Assembly (NCBI RefSeq): GCF_964194155.1
Contig: NC_135888.1
Span: forward strand, 134,106,001-134,170,000
Length of the DNA: 64,000 nt
Direction of reading: 5' to 3'
Origin: Cetorhinus maximus
Taxonomy: Eukaryota
Positions 45,240 to 58,800 of the stretch are shown one piece after another. The translations under genes and the position numbers were made by a program. The notes under the pieces were generated by a model. That model saw nothing but the letters and a program-made list of their open reading frames with translations. It was not told the DNA's origin and searched no databases. Each line of letters opens with the position of its first letter. Positions within the stretch are counted from its first letter, which is position 1.

Positions 45240-46190
45240 TCATTGCAGGAGTTCCTCAGGAAGTGCCCAGCCAACTTCAGCTGCTTCATCGTTGACCTTC
45301 CCTCCATTATAAAGTCAGAAATGGGAATGTTCGCTGCAATGTTCAGTACTATTCATGTCTCCTCAGATACTGAAGCAGTCCATGTCCATATGTAGCAAGA
45401 TCTGGACAACATTCAGGGTTTGGTCTGATAAGTGGCAAGTTATATCCACACCATATAATTGCCAGGCAATGACCATCTCCAATAAAAGAGAATCTAACCA
45501 TCACCCCTTGTTATTCAATGGCATAACCATTGCTGATTCCCTCACCATCATCATCCTTGGGGTTCCCATTGACCAGAAACTGAATTGGGCTATCCATAAA
45601 AATACTGTGGCTGCAAGAGCAGGTCAGAAACTCAGAACTCTGCAGCAATTAACTCACCGCCTATCTTCCCAAAGCCTATCCACCATCTACAAGGCACAAG
45701 TCAGGAGTGTGATAGAATACTCTCCACTTCCTGGATGAGTGCAGCTCCAAAGACAATAAGCTTAACACCACCCAGGACAAAGCCGCCCGCTTGACTGACA
45801 CCCATCCATCACCTTCAACAAGACTGATGCACAGTGGCAGCAGTGTATATCATCTACAAGATGCACTGCAGCAACTCACCAAGGCTCTTTTGACAGCATC
45901 TTCCAAACTTGCGAAGGACAAGGGCAACAGGCACATGGGAACATCACTACCTGCAAGTTCCCCAACAAGCCACACACCATCCTGACTTGGAAAAATATCA
46001 CTGTTCCTTCACTGTTGCTGGGTCAAAATCCTGGAACTCCCTTTCTGACAGCACTGTGGGTGTACCTACACCACATGGACTGCAACCGTTCAAGAAGGCA
46101 GCTCACCACCACCTTCTCAAAGGGCAATAAGGGATGGGCAATAAATGCTGGCCCAGCCAACGATGCCCACACCCTGTGAAAGAATAAATA
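45240..46190 (+). mobile_element. Second-family LINE 3' fragment inserted into a Deu-SINE
   Basis: RT remnants and 3' tail; the Deu-domain sequence resumes at about 46190. Confidence 0.8.
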
Positions 46191-47228
46191 AATGGCTGTT
46201 GTGTTTCCTACATTACAACAGTGAGTACACTTCAAAAAATTATTGACTGTAAAGTGCTTTGAGATATCCAGTAGTTGTGAAAAGTGCTTTCTAAATGTAT
46301 TATAACTCCTGCCACCGATCAGAAAAGGTGTTAGGAACAGTTGCGCACTCGATTCACACTGTGACTGTTGGCACATGCGCAGCCGACCCTGAAGCCTTTC
46401 CATTCAGTGACTGGATCATCAGAGGCACAGGGTGTGGCTACAGAGCAACAAACCCCACTTCAGATTTCAGCTTTAGGATTGTCTATAAACATGTTGAATT
46501 TGCAATGCATCACAGGTATACAAAACAGATATAGAGATTGCAGGTTTGAGTAAAACAGTCTCCTGAAACAAATTAGAAAGGTTTGCAGAGGCAATTCCTG
46601 ACAAGCTCAGTTGGTATTTAATGAGGCTTTTGAGCCCAAAGTCATGGTCTTGAACACCACATGGTGCAGTAATTTTTTTACTTAATATGGTTTACTTATT
46701 ATTTATTTACCAAAGAATATATTAATTGGCAGAAAATAGAATAAATCTTGTTGATAGCATCTGCAAAAAGCAATACCCCTGATGTATTTCTGATGAGAGT
46801 TTTATGAATAATGATTCACAAATGAACATAACAGTTTGGGAGCAGTCAATCCTAAATGGTTCTGTTTGAACTTGCTCTCTAATACCAGGCATTTCAAACT
46901 GAATTTAGACTGCCTATCTACAGTTGCAAAATGATAAAACCACAGACTTACTACTCATGACACTGTTTCTGAGCATGTACAGGAAGTGCTCCCCCTGGTG
47001 CTGCAGCTTATATGCAAGTCTTTCTTTAAACAACACAACTTCTAGTTCTATATCAGCTTTATCCATATATATGGGACAGGTGCTTCACAGGAGCATTATA
47101 AAATAAAACATGATGCTGAGCCGTGTAAGGAGATATTAGGTCAGATGACCAAAAGCTTGGTCAAAGAGGTATGTTTTAATTATTGCCTTAAATGAGGAAA
47201 GTGAGGTAGAGAAGTGGAGAGTTTTAGG

Positions 47229-47417
47229 ACAAAAACAAAAATACCTGGAAAAACTCAGCAGGTCTGGCAGCATCTGCGGAGAGGAACACAGTCAACGTTT
47301 CGAGTCCGTATGACTCTTCAACAGAACAGAGTCATACGGACTCGAAACATTAACTGTGTTCCTCTCCGCAGATGCTGCCAGACCTGCTGAGTTTTTCCAG
47401 GTATTTTTGTTTTTGTT
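47229..47417. repeat. Near-perfect 190-bp palindrome from a Penelope-type terminal repeat
   Basis: Arms of about 88 bp (47229-47317 and 47328-47417) with about 2 mismatches and a 10-nt loop. Single arms near 26730, 27140-27235, 39120-39240, 48117-48218, 49725-49790 and 58480-58645. Confidence 0.85.
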
Positions 47418-50071
47418 TTGGATTTCCAGCATCCGCAGTTTTTTTGCTTTTATCTGGAGAGTTTTAGGGATGGAATTCCAGATAAACTGCACAATACCCG
47501 TTCACCTTGAGGACCTGTGGAAAGCAGCCGGTGGGATTTTACGGTCCCGCTGGACTTTGGAATGGCTCGCCACATTTTACAGCCCTGCCCCCCACCGCGT
47601 CATGGTCATAAAATTCCACCCAATGTGTGAATTCTGCGAGGATGTGAAGTTACTAGGGTGCATTCTTTTCACTAAATCCATCCGACTAAGCCCAAATCGT
47701 CCATGATCATGTAATGTCAATGGAAAAACTTACACAAATTCTTAGGACTCAGGTGAAACTCTTCACTCTTGAAGCATTTTACTTGATGCTTAAGCATTAG
47801 GCTAGCGGATCCAGTTTCAGAAACGTGGAATCCTTTGACCACCCTTCCTTTAACTATTCTGTGCTAGCCTCCTTAGTCATACTGGATTTCTCAATACACA
47901 ATAGAGAGCTAGTATTTAGAACCAGCTCAGGTATTTATTGAAAGTGGGGTAGTCCTAAACTTCCAGCACATTCAGACCTACAATTAATGGCTGAGTAGGT
48001 ATCCTCTGTCCTAAGACACCTCCTGAAAGGGTGAACTGGTCAGTGAAGGAGTGCTGCGCTGCAGGAGGAGCTGGCCTTCAAATGAGATGTGAGACCAAAG
48101 CCCCCTCTATCCTAATAGAAACAGAAAATTCTGGAGCAACTCAACAGGTCTAGCAGCATCTGTGGAGAGAGAAACAGAGTTAACATTTTGAGTCCAATGT
48201 AACTCTTCTTTTGAACTCCTCTATCCTCTTGGGCTGAGGCAAAATATCTCAAGGCGCTATTCCAAAGAAGAGCAGAAGAGATGGCTAATATTTATAACAA
48301 ACCAAAATCACTAAAGGACAGGTTATCTGACCGTTATTGCATTGCTGTTGTTGGGAACTTGCTGTTTGCACATTGGCTGCTGCGTTTCTCTTATTACAAT
48401 GGTGACTGCACTTCAAAAAATATATAATTGGCTGTAACATGCTTTAGGACATCCTGAGGTCGTGAAAGGTGCTACACAAATGCAAGTCTGTCTTCTTTTC
48501 ACCTGCTATCATTTACATTTCCGTTCAATGTCTTTAAGTGAGAACAAGGAAGTGAACAGTAACACTACCCGGCCTAGCTGCTCCCTGAGTTTTATATAAA
48601 CAGATCCCGTGTACTGTGGCTCCATTACTTAATCAGTTGACACATTACACTATTTGTCATCTTGCTGTACAGATTGATTGAGCAAAACCACCAGCATCTC
48701 CCTCAGTTCTTTTAGGATAGCACTGCGCTGTGAGGTGAGCTTCTCACTTAAACCCAAATTCAGGAGAAAGCTTGTGCCATTCACATTGCATTCACAATCT
48801 TGGACCTCTTCATTCTGGATTTTGGGGGGTGTGGTAATTAAAGCATTTCGAGAGAGATATGAAGATGGTGGCATTGATACTGGGACACAGTCACCAACAG
48901 CTGTGATCTCTGGAGGCTGACTGTTTCGAGGGGCATTGGAAGAGGCGAGCAGAGAGCCCAGAGAAAGCAATGAACAGTGAATCCTGCCCCTTCTCAGTCC
49001 ACTGTCTTCCTCTGTAGAAAATCCAGCAAAGGCTGCCGTGCCAGAGAGGAGCTCTTGAGCCACACCAGGTGATGTTTAACACGGAGATGACCACCATAGT
49101 GCAAACCATCGTCTTACGAGACAGAAGGTTGCCAAGTTAAATATCTTAGTTATCTAAAATTTGCATAAGGCTTTGTCTTTTTGTTTAAGTTTGTGACTGA
49201 AGCACTGGGAATAAAATTAAATGCCCACTAAATAGACATAGCATGACGATCAGTTAGAAAAGTGGAACTGAGATTGATCAGCCATGATTGTTTTGAATGA
49301 CAGAGCAGGCTCGAGGGGCTGTGTGACCTACTCCTGCTCCTACTTCTTATGTGCTTATAATACATATATAAAAATAGAAACAAAATTATTTTATCTAATT
49401 TAAATCTTTTTGCGCATCGTTTCCCAGTTTTTATATTTTTCATTGCATAGCTATTCCTCCCTTGAGTGCAACCTGGTAGGAGGATTAAAAGAATTGTTGT
49501 TTAAGCTATGAAGTCGGTTAATAGGCAGGACTTTGGCCAGAATTTTCCAGCCCCACCGTGTGGGATGCAGGAGCCCAACTAAAAGTCCATTGACTTTTGG
49601 CGGAACTGGACAATCCCAGCGGTGGGCGGAGCCAAAAAATCCCACCCTTTGTTTTCATTGGAGAGATCAGTTTGGGGAGGCTGGTGTGATGACATTATGT
49701 CTGATATTACTACGTCATATTATTATTTGATGAAAGATCGTTGATCTGAAATGTTAACTCTGTTTCTCTCTCCACAGATGCTTCCTGACCTGGAATGGAA
49801 AGGTTTTTGACCCTGAAAATAAATCTAAATAGGGGCTTGTCACGTTAAACTATTTCAACCTTTATTAGCGATGCTTATCGGGAATGCGTTACTTTGCAAA
49901 ACCTGGGATGCCTGGTCCAGTAAGCAGTCATTAGGTGCATGTAAATGCTGCCTGATTTATAGTCAATAGATTCAAGATCTCAATAGTAAGCACAGATGTG
50001 GCAGGAGGGCTTTTTGGTCCTTGTTAACTTACAGTTGCCCACAGCAGGTCACCTAAATGTACAGTCAGTGG

Positions 50072-51480
50072 ATTACTTGAATTTAAGTTCTACCAGCTGT
50101 CATGATGGGATTTGAACCCATGTCCCCAGAGGATTAGCCTGGTTCTGTGGATTTACCAGTCCTGTGACATTACCACGTCATCACCATCCCCCCATTTGCC
50201 TGCATAAAAATAAAAATAAAGATCATGCTGACATAACTTTGAAAATCAGTCACTGGATGTGAAACACTCTGGTATGTGCTGAAGCATTATTTGAGCCTAG
50301 ACCTTAAAACCTACTTTTTTGCCAAATTTCTGGTCACCTGAACTGATAGAGAATATCCTCTTGTGAATCGGGATGGGATTTTCCACACCCACCCGCTGCT
50401 GGGATCGTCCGGACCCTCCGCAAGTCAATAGACTTCTGGCTGTTTTAACTACCACACCCAGCGCACCCATTCTAAAAGTGAACTCCTCATTGTGTGAACA
50501 TGTCTTTGCTGATGTGACTCACTCACCAGTTTTTCACTGGTTTATAACATTGTTGAACAATTCAGGGCGATTCACATTGAAGTCTGTCCAGTTACTTGCC
50601 AATAGGTCATACATTGCCCAGACTTCATTTGTTGTTCTCCAGAAGTGTCAAAAGAAGGGCCCGTGATTGTAAGGTCAAAGGTTGGTGTTGATGGAAATGT
50701 GACCCCAAAAAATTGTATAAATTCCAGAGGGAGAGTAATAAGGGGCAAAGAGGGAAGTATGAGGGTAATGTTGGAGAGAAATTAAAGATGAGGACTGTCA
50801 TGAGATTGGTCGATGGAGGGGAGCAAGGCAGTTTTTGCAAGATTTAATTAAGAATTGGAAGGAAGAGGTAGATTTTGATAAATAGTTGGAATTTTAGTGC
50901 AGCAAAAACAACTTGCATTTATATGGTGCCTTACATTAGTCAAACTTCACAGGAGTGTTATCAATTTTTTAAAAATTCATTTAAGGGATGTGAGCATCAC
51001 TGGCTAGGCCAGCATTTACTGCCCATCCCTATTTTCCCTTGAGAAGGTGATGGTGAGCTGCCTTCTTGAACCACTGCAGACACAGAGGCCGGGGTTTTCT
51101 GGCCCTGTCACACGTCCCAGCCAAAATTCCATTGACTTGCGGTGGGACCGGACGATCCCAGCAGCGGGTGGGTGTGGAAAATCCCACCCCTGATTCACAG
51201 GAGGATATTCTTTATCAGAAGAGGTGACCGGAAATTTGGCAAAAAAGTAGGTTTTAAGGTCTAGACTCAAATAATGCTTCAGCACATACCAGAGTGTTTC
51301 ACATCCAGTGACTGATTTTCAAAGTTATGTCAGCATGATCTTTATTTTTATTTTTATGTAGGCAAATGTGATGTTGTGGTAATGTCACTGGATGAGTAAA
51401 TCCACAGAACCAGGCTAATCCTCTGGGGACATGGGTTCAAATCCCATCATGACAGCTGGTAGAACTTAAATTCAAGTAAT
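50072..51480. repeat. Local inverted duplication with arms of about 370 bp (50072-50442 and 51118-51480)
   Basis: The arms are reverse complements across SINE, unique and MITE sequence alike. Confidence 0.9.
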
Positions 51481-54119
51481 AAATCTGAATACAAACTAGA
51501 CTCAGTAATGGTGACCATAAAACTATCATTGATTGTTGTAAAAACCCATCTGGTTCACTTTAGGGAAGGAAATCTGCTGTCCTTACCTGGTCTGGCCTAC
51601 ATGTGACTTCAGAACCACAGCAATGTGGTTGACTCTTAACTGCCCCTCTGAAATGGCCTAGAAAGGCATTCAGTTCAGGGGAGATTAGGGATAGGCAACA
51701 ATGCCCACATCCTGTGAAAGAATAAAGAAAAGCTAAAGTCAATTGGCATACAAGAAGTTATTTTGTCATAGTTCGATGTAGGAATATTCACCAAGCCACC
51801 CTCTGGAACTGATATCGGCAGAAACCTCTTTACCCAGAGAGTGATGAGAATGTGGAATGCACCAGATGCATTGATGTATTTATCAGGAAGCTAGATGAAT
51901 GCAGCAGGGAGAAAGGAATCGAAGGATATGTTGATGGGGCTCCATGAAAAACGTGGACAGAGGTTTGTTTGGAGCATAAATACTAACCTGTTGGGTTGAA
52001 TGGCCCGTTTTTGTGCTGTAAGTACTTTGAAGAACAGGAAGCAATTCTTTACAAATAATCCCGAGAGAACTCGTGTTTCCTGAACAGGTGGATAATGCAT
52101 TTTATACAAAGACCTGCTAGGACCTCTAGCAATGGAGTGCTCTTTAGGATCTGCATTGATGTAACAGCTGAGATGTTTTTTATTCTTTCACTGGCTGGGC
52201 CAGCATTTATTGCCCATCCCTAACTGCCCTTGAGAAGGTGGTGCTGAGCTGCCTTCTTGAACTGCTGCAGTCCATGTGGTGTAGGTACACCCACAGTGCT
52301 GTTAGGGAGGGAGTTCCAGGATTTTGACCCAATTCTTTAAATGAGAGCTCAAAGTACAATCTGTTGACTTAGAGGAAAGCAATCAAATCTACCAAACTGA
52401 ACTGATAATGTCGTCAGCTATTGATATGTCCTATACAAATCTTTGAAGGTGGCGGGTCGGTTTGACAAAACTGTCACTAAATTATACAGGATCCTTTGGG
52501 CTTATTAACAGAAGTACAGTACAAAAGCAAGGAAGTTATGATAACTGTTATAAACTATCAGTTAGACCTCAGCTAGATTATTGCATCCAATTTTGGTCAT
52601 TGTGCTAAGGCTAATTGGAGAGGGTGCAAAGGAAATTTACCAAAATGGTATCAGGATTATTTTTACATAGAGATACACTGGAGAAGCTGGGATTGTTCTT
52701 GTTACAGAGCACTAACCATCCTCAGGTGATCTTCCCACTTAAATCAAATTGTTGGTGTTCAGATAAAGCTTGTACCATTCATTGTTTTCACAATCTGTGA
52801 CCAATTCATTCAGGATTTTGGGGGTGGAGTTGAGAAGCATTTTAAAATTTACATTACACTTATTTGTTTTTATTGGATATTGGGACTGCAGCACCTAGAG
52901 CAAGGTTATATGTTCAGCAAATGGAGATGGTATGGGAATTGGCCAGGAAAGTGGAGCTGAGCTAAAAAGTGTGCTATGATCTTACCAAATGCTGGAGTAG
53001 GCTTGAGGGGTCAAATGGCCTACTCTTTCTACTGCTCATAGCAGGAGAAAGTTGAGAGATTTAAGATGTTTGAAACGGACAGGGTATTCGAGGGAAGCTA
53101 TTTCCACTGGCAGGAGGGTCAGTCACAAGAAGATGCAGATTTAAGATAATTGTCTACAAAGTTAGTGGGGAGATGAGGAAAAATTTGTTTACCTAGCAGG
53201 TTGTTATGATCTGGAATGTACTGAGGGAACAGATTAATTAGTAATTTTCAAAAGGCACTTGGATAAAGACTTAAAAAGGAAAACTTTACAGAGCTATGGA
53301 GAATGAGGTAAATAGGTCTAACTGGATAGTTCTTTCCAAAAGCCAGTACACATTTGATGGACTGAATGGCCTCCCTCTGTGTCTTTCATTCTACAAGTGG
53401 TTACAGCTGTGCAGAATTATCTGAAGTTAAAGCTTTATTTAAAATTAGGGCTGGGAAGGAAATTGATTGACCTAATTAATCTTCAAGATTATGGAGTGTT
53501 AAATAGTGAGAGATTATATCCAATGATTGACGAAAGTATATAATGAAAGCGCATAGATGGGAAATCAGGATAAGATTATTCACACAGAGGGAGGTGAGAA
53601 TGAGGAATTCTCTGTCACTTGAATATTTTAGGTTGTTTTTAAATTATCCTAATTCTATTTTTAAAGGTGCAGGGAATATGCAGACCAATGGGATTAGACT
53701 AGGGGAAAATCTGCCAATATGGCAGAAGGTGAACGAGCTAGATCTGAGAATTTTTTCACCTTGCAATTCCAATATTCCTACTTAACACAGAATTGCTGCA
53801 CTAAAGAGCTGCTTTCTGTAATTTAACATTCTACAATTTGATTAAAAGGTGCAATGTGTATTTCCGTGAGGGCAGCTTCCACTTTGAAAGCTAGAAAATA
53901 TATTCCCTGCCTTTGAAGGTGAATGTAAAAGTAATAGAACTAACCCTACTGAGACAGAACTCACTCCTTGTTTTACCTCACAGTATCTGATAGAATTCGG
54001 AGTTTTTGCTCTTTGTATTTGCTAAAACTGTCTGGTGCTTTTAACAATCAACACCCTTCCCCCCTCCCCTGGAGACAAGGTCCCCACACCCTCTAGTCCC
54101 AGCACAGGTTGGGGAAGCG

Positions 54120-54247
54120 TCGACCAATAGTGCGCTTGTCAGTGGGGAGCATGGGACTTGGGTCTATATAAAGGGTGGAGAGGTTCAGGCGATGCACGGC
54201 TCTCGGTTCTAGTGAGTGACGCATTAGGTGTGAACCGACCAGAACAG
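54120..54247 (+). promoter_or_regulatory. Putative DND1 core promoter and short non-coding exon 1
   Basis: CCAAT at 54124-54128, TATATAAA at 54165-54172, local CpGs, donor CAG|gttggt after 54247. Confidence 0.6.
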
Positions 54248-55700
54248 GTTGGTGGAGGGGCTTTTAATTCTTAAAAGGCCAATACCTTGAACATTTTTCA
54301 ATGTTTAGATGTAATGCATGGTCTGCCCATGTACCTCTAAAATGGGGAACATTTACTGTAATATTGTTGGGGAAGTGAGTGAGCTATGGGCATTAATCAG
54401 TTTTTCAATTCGGTCCTTTTATTTTTGGTGTAAAAGGACTTTCAATTGGAAGAACTTAATTTTGGGAGCCTGTCCGAACACAGAGTAGACTTAGAGGGCC
54501 AGTTATCCTCTGTGCCCGCTTCCCTCTCCTCCCTGTCCATCGGGTACGTTACAAAGTGGCTGTCCCTCTGTACGAGTTGCGACTGTGAGGCTTTGCCAGG
54601 CAGTTGGCGTTTGAGGAGCATCTCAGCTCGGCCTGATCCAGGGAGCTGTCCTCATACGGACAATATGGGGGACACCACTGTGGTTAGGAGCCAGAACCCT
54701 AGCGGATTTGAATTTTAATTCTAACCTTGCCTTAGCCCAGCAACTTAACATAGAATTGTACAAATGACAGAACCGCAGGAGGTCATTCTGCTAATTGTGC
54801 CTAGTTGGTGACTGCTAAACTGGAAAGGCAATTGCACCTAACTGAAAAACCATTCCACGTCTGAACTGGAAGCAACACTTAAGTTTCTTTACTGATATTG
54901 AAAGACCACACCTGTTTTATAGAGCACACTATCTATATTTAATGGAGTGTATTTGTAAAGGCTATTTTAACCTGCCCCAAAACCCAAAGTATTGTTAACA
55001 TAAAGTTGACTTAACTGAAAGCAATATTTGCATTTGAATCCTGATACAGAAAGGTGCCACCTCTATGTACATGTTTGACATTTCATAAGTGTGTGGGATC
55101 TACTGCAGAAAGGCAGGTTTTGATGCTGGAAACTTCTGGATTCTTCAAATAATATGATAAATTATTATATTATTTATTATTATTTATCAGCCATGATTGA
55201 ATGATGGAGCAGACTCGATGGGCCGAATGGCCAAATTTCTGCTCCTATGTCTTATGGTCTTATGAATTTTTTCTCCCCTTTTATAGACATTATTTCAAAT
55301 TATATTTCAATATAATTTTAAGAACAACCCTATTGGCTCTGAGGTAAATGTGCACCTGACTTAATCCAAGTAAAAGAATTCCAATGCACTTGCAATTCAT
55401 TCCCTGTAGAGTTCCTGATTCAAACAGGATAATAGAAAATCCAGAACAGAGTATAAAATGTTTGAAAATTGTATTTGTTTCAGTTATTCAGCAACTAAGG
55501 TAATGGCCTGGATTTTGATGGCAAATTGTCAGTGTTCATCATAATTACCCTTATCAATCCATTGCAATTTAAGATTTAGCGTACTGGCAAGAGTACCATG
55601 AAAACGCTGTGGTCTATCGTTTGCTGCTCCAGTACAGAATTGTGTGTAGTAGAATTTCTGTTGTGAAGTTATAAATCCCCTGCCTTGATATTTTGCACAG

Positions 55701-55821
55701 ATGATGGCGAGTGTTTTGTTGAACACTGAAAATAAGTTGGCATTTGAAGCATGGGTGGAAGCAACAGGTATAGGTCTGGTCCAGATCAACGGCCAAAGGA
55801 AGTTTGGTGGACCACCTCCAG
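55701..55821 (+). CDS. DND1: DND1 first coding exon ([40 protein letters not shown])
   Basis: Acceptor ttttgcacag|ATG; phase-1 donor G|gttagt. Confidence 0.92.
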
Positions 55822-58800
55822 GTTAGTCGCAAGGCGTGTTCTCTTCACCCCTGCAGTGTCTGATGCCAATGTAGTTTTCCATCCCAGTTTTTTACAATCC
55901 CAAGCTGGTGAGACCACTGCTTTAATGTCCGTTCAGTTGCTTTTTGAGTTTGAAGGTACCATGAAGAATGGCCATTGCTTTGGAACGTAGGAACAAGAGG
56001 AGGTCATTCAGCCCCTCAAGCCTGTTCTAGCATTTGTTTATAGCTGATGTGTATTTTCACTCCAGCTACCCACCTTGGCTCCATGCCTCTCCATATCTTT
56101 CGCTGATGAAAATCTATTAATCTCAGTTTTAACATTTTCAATTGACCCCCAACCTCAACAGCTTTTTTTCAGTTGTTTGGGGGTGAAGGGGGAAAATTTG
56201 AAGACTAATACCACTTGTATGAAGAAGTGCTTCCTAATGAAACCCTAACTTTTTAATTTTAAGGTTATGCCCCTTTGTCCTGGCCTCGATCTCAGCAGAG
56301 AAAGTAGCTTACCTTTATCAACACCATCAATTCACTTAATCATCATAAGCCCCTTTAATCTTCTATACTTGAGGCAATACAAGGCTAGCCATTGTGATGT
56401 GTCCTCGTAATTTTACCTTCTTAGCCCTGTTGAAAAGTCTGAATTGGCCAAGAGAATGCTGGGCTGCAATCGTGTTGCTGTTTTTGCATCAATGCAATTT
56501 GGGCTCCCTTCAAAAGCAAAGTAGCATCTGAAGTTTTGGGAGTGAAGCGCTCAGCTAATTTTGGAATGCAGAATGACTACGTAGAGGTGAATGCAGTGGT
56601 CTCATTAAATCCACTGCTGTAAGACCCATTTCAGTAGATTGTCTTGCACTGTTTGGGTTTGTCCATGAATATGTTGGCGTATAATCACTTTGTAAAATTA
56701 GGTTTAGAAAAGTTTCAAAACTGAGAATTAGTTTCAAAACTGAGATTGAGAGATTTTAGTTAGGATTTTTTTTTTCTGGGGTGTGAAATTGAGGCAGCTA
56801 AATGGCATTGATTAAGCATCAGTCATGATCTAATTGAATTGAAAGTCCACACGTGACTTCAACTGAAGTACTCGCATCACCCATCTGTTAATTCAGCAAA
56901 GAACTCGATCTCAAGTTAGTCAAAAATGATTTATCTTTAATAAATCTGTGCTGACTTTATTAGCCCATACCTTTTCAAACACCGTTATATTTTGTCCCAG
57001 ATTATTGTAGCTAAAAGTTTCCGCACCAGTGACATTAGCCTGACAGGCCTGTGGTTGCTGGGTTTATCCCTCTTCCCATTTTTTAAACAGGATGTAGCAT
57101 TTTGAGTCCTCTGGCAGCACTTCATTATCTAAAGAGGATTGGAAGATGGTGGTCAGAGCCTCCACTGTTTCCAGCCTTAATTCCCTCCATCATGTAGTCA
57201 TCTGGACTAGGTGACGTTATACTTTGAGGACTGTCGACCTTTTAAGTGCATCCCCTTTATTTTTATCCTATTCAGTACTACCTTCTCTGCTGCAACATTG
57301 GCAGCATCCTCTTCTCTAGTGAAGACAGATACAGAATATTCATTTAGTACTCCATGGTCTAAATTAGTAATCCAGAGGCCCAGGCTAATGTTCTGGGAAC
57401 CCAGATTCAAATCCACCATGGCATCTGGAATATAAAACTGGTCTCAGTAATAGAGACCATGAAACTATCATTAATTGTCATTAAAAACCCATCTGGTTCG
57501 CTGATATCTCTTTAGGGAAGGAAATCTGCCGTACTTACCTGGTCTGGCCTACACACGACTCCAGACCCGCAGCAATGGATGCAATAAATGCTGGTCGAGA
57601 CAGCGACGCCCATACCCAGTAAATGAATTTTTAAAAAATTACACTTCAAAAAGCGTTTCATTGGCTTGAAAGTGCTTTGAGATGTCCTGAAGGCCCTATA
57701 TAAAAGCAAGTTCTTTCATCCCAATTTTTTCGCTTTCCTTTCTGCTCTTCATTCTGGTTTGTCCCAACTGTCCTTCCTTGACATCATCTTGTTGTTCAGC
57801 GTTATCTGGTTTATCATCTATACTCTGAACTCCATTTAGTTGCCCTGCTTCCAAAGCCCTCTGCTTAGGCCACAACTAGAGTATTGCATCCAATTCTGGT
57901 CAACACACTTTGTGAAGGATTTGAGGATATAGAAGGGATGAGGGATTATAGCTATAAGGTTCGTTGGGAGAAGCTGGGGTTGTTGTCCTGGGAGCAAAGG
58001 AGGCTTGACTCAGGTGGATGGTACAAGGGGGCACAGATTTAAGGTTTTGGGCAAGAGATGTGGCGGAGGGGGGGTGCGTTGGTGTGGGGAAGAACTTTTT
58101 CACGCAGCTAATGGCAATGATCTGGAATTCACAATCCACGAGGGTGGTGGAAGAAGGCATAATCAATGACTTCCGAAGGAAACTGGATGTGCATATGAGG
58201 GAAATAAACTTAATGGGCTATGGGGATAGAGCAGGGGGATGGGACTGTCTGACTGGATTGCTACATAGTTTGTGTGGATTCCATGGGTCAAAAGGCCACC
58301 TCCTGTGCCTAATAGCTCTTGTGATTCTATGACTGTTACATTTTTTTGTTAGGCAAGGGTATTTTATCAATTTCAGTTTACCCCTAGTCTCAAATGGAGG
58401 GAGAGTTCCAGATTGAAGCAACTTGGAGACTTTATAAATTGAGTTTCTCAATACACAGGGATAATTGGATGAAATAGAAACAAAATGCTAGAATTACTCA
58501 GCAAGACTGGCAGCATCTGTGGTTACAAAGGTCACAACCTGAAATGTTAACTTTTTTTCTCTCTCCACAGACACTGCCACACCCGAGTGTATCCAGCATT
58601 TTCCGTTTTTTATTTCAGAGCCCCAGCAACCGGAGTCTTTTGCTTTGAGATTATTGGATGTCTTTATGAACAAACAAATAAGTCAGGATATTGGTCTGTC
58701 TTCAGGAAGTGGTTTGGGTGGGTGGGGGCACGAGGGAAAGAGGGGATGGAATATTATGAGAGTCTGAGTGGTCTCTAGTGATGACATTGTTAGCCAGGAT

